Part shown: positions 37,149 to 49,830 of the stretch, piece by piece
Numbering within the stretch: the first letter of the stretch is position 1
Layout of the letters: every line of letters starts with the position of its first letter
NCBI RefSeq assembly: GCF_006345805.1
Contig: NC_043000.1
Location: 89,466,001-89,530,000, forward strand
Source of the DNA: Octopus sinensis
Lineage: Eukaryota
Reading direction: 5' to 3'
DNA length: 64,000 bases
Position numbers and translations under genes: made by a program
Notes under the pieces: model-generated
Databases searched by the model: none
What the model was told of the DNA's origin: nothing
The model's input: only the letters and a program-made list of their open reading frames with translations

Positions 37149-37869
37149 CATATATATATACATGCATACTCACGCGCATCCGTAAATGTGTTCATACACG
37201 CATATGCGTGCGCATACATATGCTCATACGTACACACATACATACGCGCTGGCGCACACGCGCTTACGCACAGTCACATGCACGAGCGCATACAGCTACA
37301 TACGTATGCATATATACACATACACACACTCACTCATATATATTTGTATGTAGATTTTGCAAGTACATATACACACACATACATATATATATATATACAT
37401 ATGTAAATATATATATATATACATATACCCACATACATATACATACATACACAAATATACATGCACGCACCTTTACACAAACGTGTATCCGCTGCATGTC
37501 CATATATGTAGTATTAAATGATTGAGATCCTTAATGTAAGATAGGGGAGTTCAAAAATTAAAGATTAAAAATTAAAATGAAGATAAAGGAAAGTTAAGTA
37601 GGATTATTGGGGATGACGTAAGGGAGGTTGTGGATATTTGCTGTGTGGTTATTGAGGTTGCATTTAGACATGTGGTAAAATTGGAAGGTATGAGAAAAGC
37701 GTTAGTTGCATGTACTTAAAGCCCCATTATATTTATTTAGTAGCGTCGAGAAATCGCGTTTTAATATGTGGAATGTCTCTTTTAGGCATAACTTACAGGC
37801 TAAGCATTGATCTTGGTATGGAAGCCCTGAATCTATTATGGACCATGAAAAATTGTAGGGAATATTTCT

Positions 37870-38080
37870 ATTTTTGAGATGATGTATGTGACTTCTACTA
37901 TAGCAAGTGTCTTCTATTATAGCCTCAGGCCGACCAAAGTCTTCTGAGTGGATTTAGTTGACGGAAACGGAAAGAATCCCGTCGTATGTATATATATATA
38001 TATGTATATGTTTGTGTTTCTGTGTTTGTCCATCCACCATCTCTTGACAATCGATGATGGAAACTTAGCGATTCGGCAAA
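37870..38080 (+). mobile_element. Partial group-2 SINE
   Basis: GCAAGTGTCTTCTATTATAGCCTCAGGCCGACCAAAG...GACGGAAAC. Confidence 0.75.
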
Positions 38081-38086
38081 TAACAT

Positions 38087-38136
<50 letters not shown>

Positions 38137-38226
38137 TATATATTGTATATCAAACACAAAGCTGCTATACTTCATTTGTTTATCCGCATAATTAACTTTC
38201 TCTCTCATTCTCTCTCTCCCTCGCTT

Positions 38227-38300
<74 letters not shown>

Positions 38301-38399
38301 TATTTATTTATGTATATGCACACACAAAATATTAAGCTAACGTGAGTCAGAATGCAAGAATCAGAAATTAGGAAATTATGTGATTTTACGATGCCATTT

Positions 38400-39100
38400 C
38401 TTGGATAGCCACGACTTTCATCGGAATTAACTGAAACAGAACTGAATGAATACCCAGCCATCAGTGTCTCAGACGGTAAATTAAATATCTTTCAACTTCC
38501 AACAGTGTCTTTCAAAGGTACAAAATGCACTTAAACTTTAACTATTGAAAATCAACACAGTCTATGCACATGTGAATCAACGTCACAATGTAGCTCTCTG
38601 GAGTTAATACAATATCAAAAACTGTAATTTTATCGAAAGCCCTGTGGAGAGAAATAGTTGTATTGGGTTCGAAGTATTTTCAAAATAGTAAAGAGCCATT
38701 TCGGACTCACCAAAACCGCTCCAATAATGAAATGTAGCTTAGAAGATGTTGCGAATTATATGATCAAAAGTCGTTTGAAGCTTGTGGCCAGTTTAATCTT
38801 AAGAGGAGAAGGAATTTTGTTTTTATTATTTGCTAGTTTCATAAAATTCTAATCATTCTACTTTGGAACAAAAGAATGTTTTTGATCATTCAGAAGCACT
38901 GGAAAATCTTATAAACAATGAAAATCCAGTTCTTGACTACTTTGCTATCATAACAGAAGTTTTGTTAAAGCATGGTTTAAGAACAAAAGCAAGCAGCTGT
39001 TACATGATATTATGCAAGACAGATACTGAATCGAGTTTATACTGTTAATTTCTTTGTTCTGCTCGGATTCTGGAATAAAATTAATTATTATTCGGATTAA
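38400..39100 (+). pseudogene. Possible highly decayed hAT (GTF2IRD2/SPIN-like) transposase
   Basis: KIVK...LEDVANY...LILRGEGIL...LEQKN...LDYFAIITEVL loosely follows the hAT 'KIVN..LE..Y..WLSRGKVL..LAFL.DIT' order. Weak. Confidence 0.3.
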
Positions 39101-39522
39101 TCTTGTTCTAAACTTACTCATTGATCAGACGATGAACTTATATAATGTTACTTGAGAATTACTACCTAGACTCTTCAAAGTTATTTCTAAACAAATGAGT
39201 CATTGACTAGTAATATCATTCAAAATTGAACTGAAATTATATGATGATGATATTCGAGTAGAAAGCCCATTGAGAATAAAGAAATAAATTATACGTGAAA
39301 AGAAAACCAAGAATCTGGGGTTGCCAGAAGGATGACAATAAGAATTAAAAAAAAGTATTGGTCGGCTTTTTAACGAAATAGAAGGAAGATTTGTTTGCTT
39401 CTATGATTTGGATTTTAAAATTTTAATTCATATTATATACTCGGCAAGTTGGTATTTAAATAAAACAAGGCAGCATCATTCATTGATTTTTTAACCCCAA
39501 GGGAATATTAACAATCTGTATG

Positions 39523-39570
<48 letters not shown>

Positions 39571-39595
39571 ACAAAAGATGAAAGTAGTAACAATA

Positions 39596-39827
39596 CTTGC
39601 TAGTAATGTTTGTCTCCACTTCAACATGGCTATGCCGTACGAACGGAAGTAACTGCGATTTTTTAACCCCAAGGGAACATTTTTTCTAGCTGGTTAATGA
39701 CGGAACCTGCATCCGATATATTGCAAGCAGAGGAGCGAATCCCTACCACCTTCTAGCGACTTGACAGAAGTAATGTCCGTTCGTACGGAACAGTCATGTT
39801 GAAGTGGCAACAAACATTACTCGCCAG
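39596..39827. mobile_element. 232-bp MITE with about 50-bp TIRs and a TA duplication
   Basis: Left end CTTGCTAGTAATGTTTGTCTCCACTTCAACATGGCTATGCCGTACGAACGGA; right end reverse complement CTGGCGAGTAATGTTTGTTGCCACTTCAACATGACTGTTCCGTACGAACGGA. TA at 39594-39595 and 39828-39829. Confidence 0.85.
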
Positions 39828-40358
39828 TATAGGTTCTACTTTTATCTCTTACTGAGAGTTTACAACTAGCTACTTGGATCTGTTCAGATCTCTTCAGAAG
39901 TGGCTATCTGCCAGTAGAGAGAGAAAGAGTAAGGAATGCACGATACTGACTAGAAAGGAAGAGAGGATAACATACGAATAGAACAGAGTGGTGACATTTA
40001 GTAGAGATAACTCTGGAGTTGATCCTCTTCGATTACTATCGCAAACGGCATTAACTTTCTCCAACTGAAAATACGTCGTTGATTGGTTAAAATTACCCAA
40101 TTACGACAACTTTAACACTAAATAACTTCTAAAATACGAAATTTTGTCAAACATGTTCAAAGTAAACCGTGTTCTGGGTGAGAAATTACACCAGTATACG
40201 AAGTTTGAAACTGTTTAGTTAAAAAAAAATATACTTAAAAAAATTGTGAGCCAAACTACTTTGCTAACATACATAATCTGTGAGCCAGCTACTTTGCTAA
40301 CATAAAATAGAAGAGATTACAAAAAGGAGGACATACATACATACATACATACATACAT

Positions 40359-40411
<53 letters not shown>

Positions 40412-40865
40412 TACATACATACATACATACATACATACATACATACATACATACATACATACATACATACATACATACATACGGATGATTATATTATCAA
40501 TGTCGTTCATTTGAGACAACAGGTTATAAGTTAAGGAAGAATTGTTTATTTCTATCTGATCGAACAGCTCCAGAATGGTGTAATCATTGAAAGAATTATT
40601 CCCTGCAGCTAATTACTCTGGGGTCCCAAATAATAGGTGGGGCTGGAATAAACAGGTGGATTGTACATTTGCTTAAATTGATATAAGTAGGTGGGCTGGT
40701 ATGAACGGGGGTAGATGGGAATCAATAGCTGTCAAGTGGATGTACGAAAATTGGAAAAAAAGTTATCTTAAAGTACATATAATGACACAACGAGGCAAAA
40801 GAAATTAACAAGGGGCAAGTGAAATTAGCACATACGTGTGCTTCAAACGTTCACTTTAGTTAAGA

Positions 40866-41292
40866 CTAGCAGTATAGCCCGGCGTTGCCCGGGTTTATTT
40901 TTTAGTCGCGCTTAAAACGGCAGACTTTGATGTCGCGTTAACAAAGTTTTGACATAGTTTCAATTTTTTTTGAAAAGTAAAAATTTGGCATTATGTAGCT
41001 TGTTATTGTCTTTAAGTGAACATTTTTCTGGTTGAAATACACCGAAAACTGGTGACACAGCAGTCAAAAAATAGGGATTTTCATAGAAAAAAAGCACCTT
41101 TTTGATGTAAATAATTTTTGATCTTAACATGGTCCGATTTGAATTTTTTCTGCTACGTAATGAAGAGCAAGCCTTCTTCTATCATACTCTCACTTTTGAT
41201 CAACTTGTGCTGCAGGGTCTTGGAGGAGATAGTGTTAGTTGAAGGCTACCAAACCTGCCACACACAGACAACTTCAGCTTTATATGTATAGA
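40866..41292 (-). mobile_element. Non-autonomous Helitron (second family)
   Basis: Minus strand: A|TC start, CCCGGGCAACGCCGGG hairpin, CTAG|T end. Its 3' 30 nt are shared with 15939-16322. Confidence 0.82.
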
Positions 41293-41559
41293 TATACATT
41301 TGGATGATAAAGGTAAGACATTTGTTAATTATGGTAATCATGGGATATTTTTTAAATGCTGTGGACTAAACAGATATTGATACAAGCAACACGTCTTAAA
41401 AAGAAAGAAAAGTAAACACAATGAAAACAGTTAAATTACCGTTTCGTGAACTTGCAGTATTTATTATATTATACATAATAAAACAGAGCACTATGTAAAT
41501 AAGTATAAATGATAGACTCATGACTTATTGTCACTGTCCTTCTGCAGGTTTCTTGGTTT

Positions 41560-43330
41560 CGATATTCACTTCCTTGCGAGTCGCGGAGCTTCACTTACAG
41601 TTGACATGAGTTTGCTTCGATGTGACAAGAAAAGTGTAGAGGTCTCGTTTTCATCCAACAGTTCTGTATTTTTTCAAGGAACAGTGTATCTTTATTAACC
41701 TGATCATCACTGCTGATTCCAACAAGAGAGATAGAGCTTCCTGTTATCATGTTTGGCAGACCGTACTTTGGCTCTTGCGAAACCTCGATGGGAATTTCTC
41801 CAGATGGGTCAATCACCTCCAAAAGATTCTCAAATGGCTCGCTTTCATCTTCTGACTCATTTTCAACAGCTTTTTCCTCAATGCTGTCACCATCAAATAA
41901 TTCTGAGCCTTCAATAGTGTTTGCACATTTGACCCCTTTCAGTGGAATTTTGTTCTGAAGGACTCGCTGAATAGTATTTGGGCAGGGCTTTGACATCATC
42001 TCTAGACGAAACTCTCGTATCGACGGGTCGACGAGGTGTATGATTCGGTCTGACACCTTATAATCTTCAGAGCCATTGAAAGCGTTTGTGGTCCACGTCG
42101 ACTTGAAAGCAGCTTCGACATCAATGTTGCAATCTGCATATGCTTGATGTAGCATCTGCATCACCTCAGATCGATTGGGCGTGGATATTTTATTCAGAGT
42201 TTGAACTAACTTTCCTTGCGTCTTTGCTTTCTCTATTCCGCGATATTTTGCTTTCAGATGTTTGTGCAAGTGCGTGTCATTAACTTGAACAAATCCGGTG
42301 ATACCGCCACCGATGATGACTAGCACATAATCCCTTTTTCAGAGGGCGTCTCGCATCTCCGGCATCATAAATGGCGGTTTTCATGTGAAAACAATGAATT
42401 GGTTTGGAAGGTTTTTAATAGTACAGAGCAGCTGTCCTAATCTATAAGAACCTTTAGGAGACCATTTATATTTCATTGTAGGTAGGACATTCAGTAACGC
42501 TGGTCTTTTTCCATTTCTTTTAAATGCAAACTCTAGGATAAGATTGATTTGGGGATCATTGCTAACTTGGGTGAACACTATGATACGTTTCCTAGACAAA
42601 TGGTGGCTTTCTTTGACGAATGTATCGTGATTTCTGAATGATAAGGTAGCTTGCCCGCTACTTTCATTCCGGTGCAATAGCATTTGACCTCCATTGATAA
42701 TAGGAGGATCTACGCCACATTTGTCAAAGAAATAACGACGCACACTCCATATGTTATTCAAATAATCCTGAAAACGCTCAAAAGATTGCTCTTTGGTGGT
42801 TGAAATGCTTTTGTTTGGAAATTTCCTGTGATATCCCATACTCTTTTTGCCAACCTTTCATCCAGCCTTTTGAAAAACAAAGCTTTTCCTCAGTTGGTGT
42901 GTCTGGGTGTTAGCAAATCCACAACTCATAAAATTTCTCACCTTGTAATAGGAAAAGAGTTTGAATGCAGCGAAGTTCTAACATCCACAAACCATTCAAA
43001 CAAGACGTCTCTCACGCCTGTTTCGTTTGTTTTACGACAGCCTCCAGCGACTCTGAAACGTTTCTTTGGATATTTTTCAGCGCTGTCAAGTTCGCCTTTC
43101 AGATATTTTGCATAGCAGCGTTTGGCTACTTTAACAGCAGAATTAAATAGTCGATCAGAGTTTTTGACATGGGCCAAAGTCGAGAAAAACAAACGAGATA
43201 TCCCTGTTTCTGGATGTCTGGGACATGGCGTTTTCGTTTTACATCCCAATGTGTTTTCCCTTTCATTCGCTCTAATTCAGAATCATACTCCCCTTTGCAT
43301 TTGTTCACCACGATATCATATACTTGCTTT
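41560..43330 (-). mobile_element. Degenerate pogo-like (CENP-B HTH plus DDE_1) transposase
   Basis: ORF pieces KKRFRVAGGCRK...VRDVLFEWFVDVR (HTH), YLNNIWSVRRYF, and LVIIGGGITGFVQVNDTHLHKHLKAKYR (pogo DDE C-terminal motif). Confidence 0.75.
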
Positions 43331-43929
43331 TCCTCCATAGAATAATTTCCATACGTCGCACCACGAAATACTTTTTCTCTGCCATAATGTTATGAAAAAT
43401 TTCAAAGAGAAATTATATGAGTCGTTTTGATGTTGTTAAGACCTTATTCCATAATAAGCGTGTCCTGTAAGGATAAACAGTTCGTCATTGAAGTTCTTAG
43501 TTTGCGTGGAATTTGTGTTGGTGATTGGTAGAGAAATCGTAGAGAAATTGAAAATGAAGATTTGTTGACGACAATGTTGAGCAGCAGTAAACTCACGCGT
43601 ATGTTACAGACTGGTGCAGTTGTCCAGCCTGAAGTTTTTATAAACTCTGACTGGTTGTAAAGCATATTTTCTAACAGCAATTCCCTTGTTTTCTAAGTAT
43701 CCTGAAGCAGGTATGTTGTGTCTCGAAATGATTTATCTTTTTACGGTTGAAGGTTATCAATGCTCTAAGATGTTGAAAGCTCACCCGCATGAACATTGGC
43801 TACATATTATTGTGGATAAATATTTTTTCCATGCGTTATGAAAACAAAAAGAATGCTCCAGGTTTTTTTCCCATTCCTGTCACTGTCATCTGTTTTTTTT
43901 TTTTTTTGTCAGTCAAAATAATAATGAAT

Positions 43930-44140
43930 TCCCAGAGTTTGTTGTTTTGTAACGGGAGTCAGTTTAATCGACTTACCCCACTTCCCTCTGAGTTCAATCC
44001 CGCTGAGGTTAGCTTTACCTTTCATCCCTACGGGGTCGATAAAATAAAGTACCAGTAATGTACTGGGCCGCTTTAATCCACTTATCCTTCCCCACAAATT
44101 GTTGGCCTTGTGCCTAAATGAGAAATTATTATCTAAAATT
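43930..44140 (+). mobile_element. Group-1 SINE (tail c), partly rearranged
   Basis: CTGAGTTCAATCCCGCTGAGG..CTTTCATCCCTACGGGGTCGATAAAATAAAGTACCAG..TTGGCCTTGTGCC. Confidence 0.75.
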
Positions 44141-44259
44141 TTCTTGGCTGTCACCCTTGATTTTCTTTAAAACCAGAATAAGTTATCTAATTTATATATC
44201 CTATTTACTTTATAACATATCGTATTACTTATAATGTTCTTTCTTTGTCATATAGCTAT

Positions 44260-44294
<35 letters not shown>

Positions 44295-44805
44295 ATGTTT
44301 CTATGTAAAATAAAATTATTATTAGATTCTCCGGCTATTGTATCAATATGAATAGCTTACAATAAAATTTCACCAGAGATAGATAAGCAAAATTTAATAA
44401 GCAGGGGAAAATAAAAACGGGGGGATCTGAAAAATTAATAAGCAGTTGGGGGACGCTTATTCAAGACTCAAGAGTATTTTGTATCACGTTCTTCTAATAT
44501 TTGACTTGAGGGATATGTTGCTGGAAATGTTTGTCATTCATGTTTCCTTTCCTTCGTTAATTCCTTGTTTACTTGCATGTCATTGAGTTTTATATGTTGT
44601 TTTGTTTTGCTTGGATGCAGGTGGGCTATTTTAGATGTTTAGCTAGTATTGTATATTTTATATCACTTATGATGTGTGTATGCGTGTATGTGTTTGTGGA
44701 TAGATAGATAGAATGTGATAGACAGACAGGCAGACAGACAGACAGATATGCTGCATGTGTGCTTTTATCATTTTGTAATCGTGTTAAAAGTATATCTAAT
44801 ATGTA

Positions 44806-45367
44806 TTAGGTTGTCCGGAAAGTTCGTGCCGATTTATAGTAGCTTATCTTTCGATTTGTTTTAGAACATTGTTGAGTCCATAAAATAGGATTTGACTAAA
44901 CCTCCATTTAGAGCACAGTTTAAGCTATCTGTTGGTGGAAGAAGGTTTATGTTCCTATAACCTGTGTTAATTCTGTAACCCTTTAAAATGGAAGATAAGT
45001 TCATTTTCGGCACTTGATGTTTTGGGAACCTGACAAAAATTGCTGCACCTCGGCTGAGATGTGTTACCCCACCTTCCATATTCACCAGATATTGCTCCTT
45101 CGGATTTCCACTTATTCAGGTCTCTGCAGAATAGTCTTAATGGTAAAAATTTCAATTCCTTGGATGACGTAAAAAGATACCTTGATGAATTCTTTGCCGT
45201 GAAACCACCTCGATTCTGGTAAGAATGTATTTTCAAGTTAAAGGAAAGATGGAGGATCATTGTGCAACAAAATGGTTCACATTTGGTTGATTAAAAATGT
45301 AATGGCAAGTATTTATCGACCTTTTTGTTTCCTTTAAAAATCGGCATGAACTTTCCAGACAACCTAA
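44806..45367 (+). mobile_element. Internally deleted mariner (562 bp)
   Basis: 30-bp TIRs TTAGGTTGTCCGGAAAGTTCGTGCCGATTT (28/30 match) with TA on both sides. Transposase C-terminus PYSPDIAPSDFHLFRSLQNSL. Confidence 0.92.
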
Positions 45368-45574
45368 TACATAATTTTGATGAAGCTGGAATCCGCCAAC
45401 TATGTTTCTGTTTCTTGATGAAAGTATTGCCACCAAACTCCTTTGCTTTTGAGTTTGTGATAGCGTTACCGTTTCCATCATTGATGTCTAAATATTCGGT
45501 TTCGAAGACGATAAATGGTGGAAAGTGAGTTTATGGAACATTTTGCCTTGTGATTGTGGTAGTTAGGTGCCTTA

Positions 45575-45820
45575 TTTTATTGCTTATTTCTTATTTCTTT
45601 ATTGCCCACAAGGAGCTAAACATAGAGGGGACAAACAATGACAGACAAAGGGATTAAGTCGATTACATCGACCCCAGTGCATAACTGGTACTTAGATTAT
45701 CGACCCCCAAAGGATGAAAGGTAAAGTCGACCTCGGCGGAATTTGAACTCAGAACGTAGCGGCAGACGAAATACGGCTACGCATTTCGCCCGGCGTGCTA
45801 ACGTTTCTTCCAGCTCGCAG
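45575..45820 (-). mobile_element. Young group-1 SINE (tail a) ending in AAGAAAT repeats
   Basis: Colinear with 34864-35090. Confidence 0.88.
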
Positions 45821-47329
45821 AGAAGTTATTGTAGTGTGGTGAGGTTCGTGTGTAGATTATATAGAAGGCAAACGAATTTTAACACTGACATGCGCCTCTT
45901 CTTAAGCTGTCCGTATTATTATCGTGCCAAGTCATGCTGTGTATACTGAATATATTTCCGCGGATAGTATTTGTGAGTTATGTTGGTCCATATAATCGAG
46001 TAATACCGTTGGTAATGTTACTGGTGTTACGTATTCTTCTATTTCGTACATAATCCGTTTTTGTTTTTGTTTTTTTTTTTCTTAATCCTTTTATCTTACA
46101 TACATTTCTAGTGAATGGTCATGTAGCTTGCGTCATTTGTGTTATCTATGTGCTGAATGTATGACTTTGTGTATGTTATGAGAGTTCGACAGAAGTTTGC
46201 CATGTTTTGCTTCAATGAGGCGTAATTTGGGATTTGAGGAATTGTGATTTGGAGTTGCATCGTTGTTTTTTTTGTATTAATATAATGGAAGTCTTTTATA
46301 AAGAGGATTAACTTTTTCTTTTAGTTCTATATTAATGCTATGTTTCGAAATTTTGAATTTTTATTGTTATAATTTTGTGATATATTTCTTTTTTACTTTC
46401 GCTGCTGATATTAGCGTTGTATGCGTGTGTGATACTTCGATTTTGGTATGTTGTTTGGTTTTATTGCTTTCGTAGTTGAAAACAATTAACAAGACCATTG
46501 TTGGAGTCAGGAAGTTTAATAAAGAAAATAATGGCGGTACTTCCGGTCTTCGGTATTGTTTAATTATGTTTAGTTTCTCCAAAGGAGCGTGATTACATTT
46601 TGTATAGAAGGAAATTAATTTACTTCATTAATTTTTTTCATCGATATTCAAAGTTGTAGTAGCGTAACGTTTCCAGAATATATATTAAGTGTCGATTTTC
46701 AGGACTCAAATACGATTATATTCAATCATAAACGTTTACATTGGCTACGAATCCATAATCATATTATCGTTCATTTTATTTTATTCTCACTAAAAATTTA
46801 TAATTGTTAAATAAATATACTCACAAGCATATGCCAGTAAAAGAAGCCACACCAATATCTATATGAATAAAGTCATTACGCGCTAAGTGCTTTTTCTCCA
46901 AGCTATAAGAAAATACTGTTTATGTGATTCGAACTATCAACGTAGTAACTGAAAATCAGGTAGACAATCGATTCAGCTGCAACTCTCAGTTTCATTTTTA
47001 ATTTTTAAGTAACCTCGAAATACTTCAGTTAATAATTGGACATCGTCCTCTCCTTCTACATATATAATCTCTTTAAATCTATCTTTGTTTATGTATAATA
47101 AACTCGTGTGTATGTGTATGTGTGTTTCTAGATAGATGTGTACATAGGCGGAATTTCTTGTCAAAACAAATCTTAATTACAAAGCTTCAATTCTATCTCC
47201 ATCTTGAACTTTGATACAATCTTTATCTCTTAACTACTTTGTAATTGAATGAAGAACCGGATATAAACGCTTAAAGGAATGACATAGATTATAATGACAT
47301 TATTACCGATATTATTATGATAATTTACA

Positions 47330-47480
47330 AAACACTTAGCGTCATTTTGTCTTCTTTAGGTTTTGGGTTCAAATAACGCCGAGGTCAACTTTGCCATTCA
47401 TCCTTTAAGGGTCGATAAGATAAGTAAACTCGACAATCCCCCTTCCCATAAAAAAATTCAGGTTTTTTGCCTTTAGTAGG

Positions 47481-47490
<10 letters not shown>
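47330..47490 (+). mobile_element. Group-1 SINE (tail b) followed by (ATT)n
   Basis: GGGTTCAAATAACGCCGAGGTCAACTTTGCC..TTTAGTAGGAAGTATT. Confidence 0.7.
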
Positions 47491-47517
<27 letters not shown>

Positions 47518-47599
47518 ATTGCTGTTGCTACTGTTGTTATGGCTTATTATTTGATATTATTTGGGGGTTGACTAAGATTCGATCTTATTCCTGGCTGGT

Positions 47600-47835
47600 T
47601 TTATGTGGGTAGCGGGTTATTACTTCTACCCTTAGATGTCCACTAGCTTTCAATAGTCTTTCAAGTGCTTAGAACCTTCCTGATAATCTTTCCTGTTCCT
47701 TAGACGCAAACTTTTTGTAGAAGCTCTACCGCACCTTATATTTCAATCTCCTTCAACCATTTGTCTGTTTCTTTGCTTACAGTTCCCAGTGTACCAATTA
47801 TTATTAGTGCAACCTTTACACTTTTCATATTCCAA
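47600..47835 (-). mobile_element. R4-type 3' micro-fragment (family D)
   Basis: IWNMKSVKVALIIIGTLGTVSKETDKWLKEIEI, between TTA tracts. Confidence 0.65.
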
Positions 47836-47912
47836 ATATTATTATTAGTAGTATTATTATTATTATTATTATTATTATCACCATCATCATCATCATCATC
47901 ATTATTATAATT

Positions 47913-49020
47913 ATGTGTTTGACTTTTGCTTTGTATTTGTACAAGTTGGCTCCAAATCTCACCCAGAGACCTCAAGAGACAAGTTAGAAGTTCATGTTGG
48001 TGTTATGCCTACAGTGCCATATATTTGGTTTTGTACATAGTATTGTTCTAGAGAATGTTAAGGAAACATAAGAAAATTATGAGTTTGTTTTAAAACTTGA
48101 GAATACATACGCAGTATTTTACGTAGGATATGGGCAGTTCCCATGAGCACTATCTTTTGAATTTCTGCCATTTTGGGGTTTCCTGGTATCTGACCTAGGT
48201 AGCAATCAGCTCCTTTTCCTATCATACCTGGGGCACCTATGACAACAGGTATTGTTTTAGACTTCAGGTTTCAGATTTTGCCAATTTCTATTTCAAGATC
48301 TTTATATTTGCTCTTTTTTTTGGTAGGTCTTGACAGATACATTCATATCGATTGGGACTGTCATATCAATGAGGAGGCATGTTCTTTGTCTAAAGTCTTT
48401 CAATATGATGTCTGGCCTATTTGCATCTATCTTTCTGTCAGTTTGAATGGTGAAATTCCAGAGGAGTGAGATGTGATCATTTTCAAGCACTGAAGCTGTT
48501 TTGTGTTCCTTCTAGTTTTTATCAGTTTTATCAAGTCCAGTTTTTTGCAAATTACCCAGTGAATATATTGTGCAGTTCTATCATGCTTGCTGAGATACTC
48601 TGTAGGCGCAAGAAGGGAGACAACATAAAGACAACATGATCAATGGTTTCATTTTGTTGTTGGGCAGCTGCCGTTCTTTAATATGTTGGCATGGTAGTGT
48701 CTTGTAGGTAGGCATTGATGTTGGGCTGATATGATAAACCCTTCTGCTTCTGATTTTAAGCCAGAAGCCATTAACCATTGATAGGTAAGTGCTTTGTCAA
48801 CATCGGCATTATTAGCGCTCTTTGGGTATTTGCCATTGAGAGTTTTTTTTTTGTACCATTTCTCAGTAAGAATATCTATGGCAGCAGTTTTAGCACGGAT
48901 TTTCATACGCTTAGCCTTTTCTGTGCTTGTTTCTAGTACGTCTAATTTTGGAATTTGTTGTATTTGGAATTCACTTATATATTCCTTTGCCTCTTTTGTT
49001 ATTGGGCTGGTCTACAATTA
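47913..49020 (-). mobile_element. Degenerate 5'-truncated R4 family B copy
   Basis: YQWLMASGLKSEAEGFII.AQ, and LLWNFTIQTDRKIDANRPDIILKD..CLLIDMTVP. The 3' UTR matches 3643-3830. Confidence 0.88.
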
Positions 49021-49339
49021 TTTCCTCCGTAGTTTCTTCTTTAGCTGCAGCTTCGTTCTTTTATCCCTTCTTGTTTAATTTGGTCAATCTCTAATTCAGT
49101 TAGTAATTTCTTCTTCACAATGTTTCTTCTGACTTTGGCAAGTTTGTGACTGTCTATGTAGGGTCTTACTTCAAGGTGTTTCTATCTCCAGTTTAAGTAG
49201 GTTTTTACAGTATTAGATTTATTTGTGGGGAAATATATGGCATGACAGAAGGCCGTAACAACTTCTTCATTATCTACCCTAGACCATTTTTCATTCTTTT
49301 TCTTTTGGTTATTGATGAGAGTATGGATGGCTATCTGTT

Positions 49340-49580
49340 GGTATATTCCCGTTGTAGGGTACTTGCAGTTCCAGTGTTATCAAATACTCGGCAAACGTTC
49401 TCCTTTCACTACAATGTTCTATACTAATTAGTCCTCTTCCACCATTCTTTCAATTCATATACAGTCTGTTTACGTTTGCTTTAGGGTGTAGCGTCCCATA
49501 CAGCGTCATGAATAATCTCGTCCTTCTATTCAGTGTTGATATTTCCTCCTTAGTCCGTTTGAGGATGGATACACTAAGAA
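49340..49580 (-). mobile_element. R4-type thumb-region fragment
   Basis: RRTRLFMTLYGTLHPKANVNRLY followed by GGRGL. Confidence 0.7.
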
Positions 49581-49624
49581 GGAGGAGGGAGAAGGAGAAG
49601 AGTAGAAAGAGGTAGAGGATGAGA

Positions 49625-49830
49625 CTTCGACAAAGCAGACTCGCCAGTACGCCGGACAAAATACTTTGTGACGTTCCGTCCGTCTTTATGTTCTGAGTTC
49701 AAATACTGCCGAGCTCCAACTTGCCTTTCACCCTTTCAGTAAATACTAGTCGAGTAACGGTGTCGATCTAATCGACTTACCCACTTCCCTAATATTTCGG
49801 GCTTTCTGCCTATAGTAGAAAGGATTATTG
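49625..49830 (+). mobile_element. Group-1 SINE (tail b)
   Basis: GTTCTGAGTTCAAATACTGCCGAG..CCTATAGTAGAAAGGATTATT. Confidence 0.75.

Noticed and set aside
46973-47164. IIYVEGEDDVQLL resembles a TOPRIM EGxxD motif
   Set aside because: Only a few residues match, splice signals are poor, and no further domain motifs are present.
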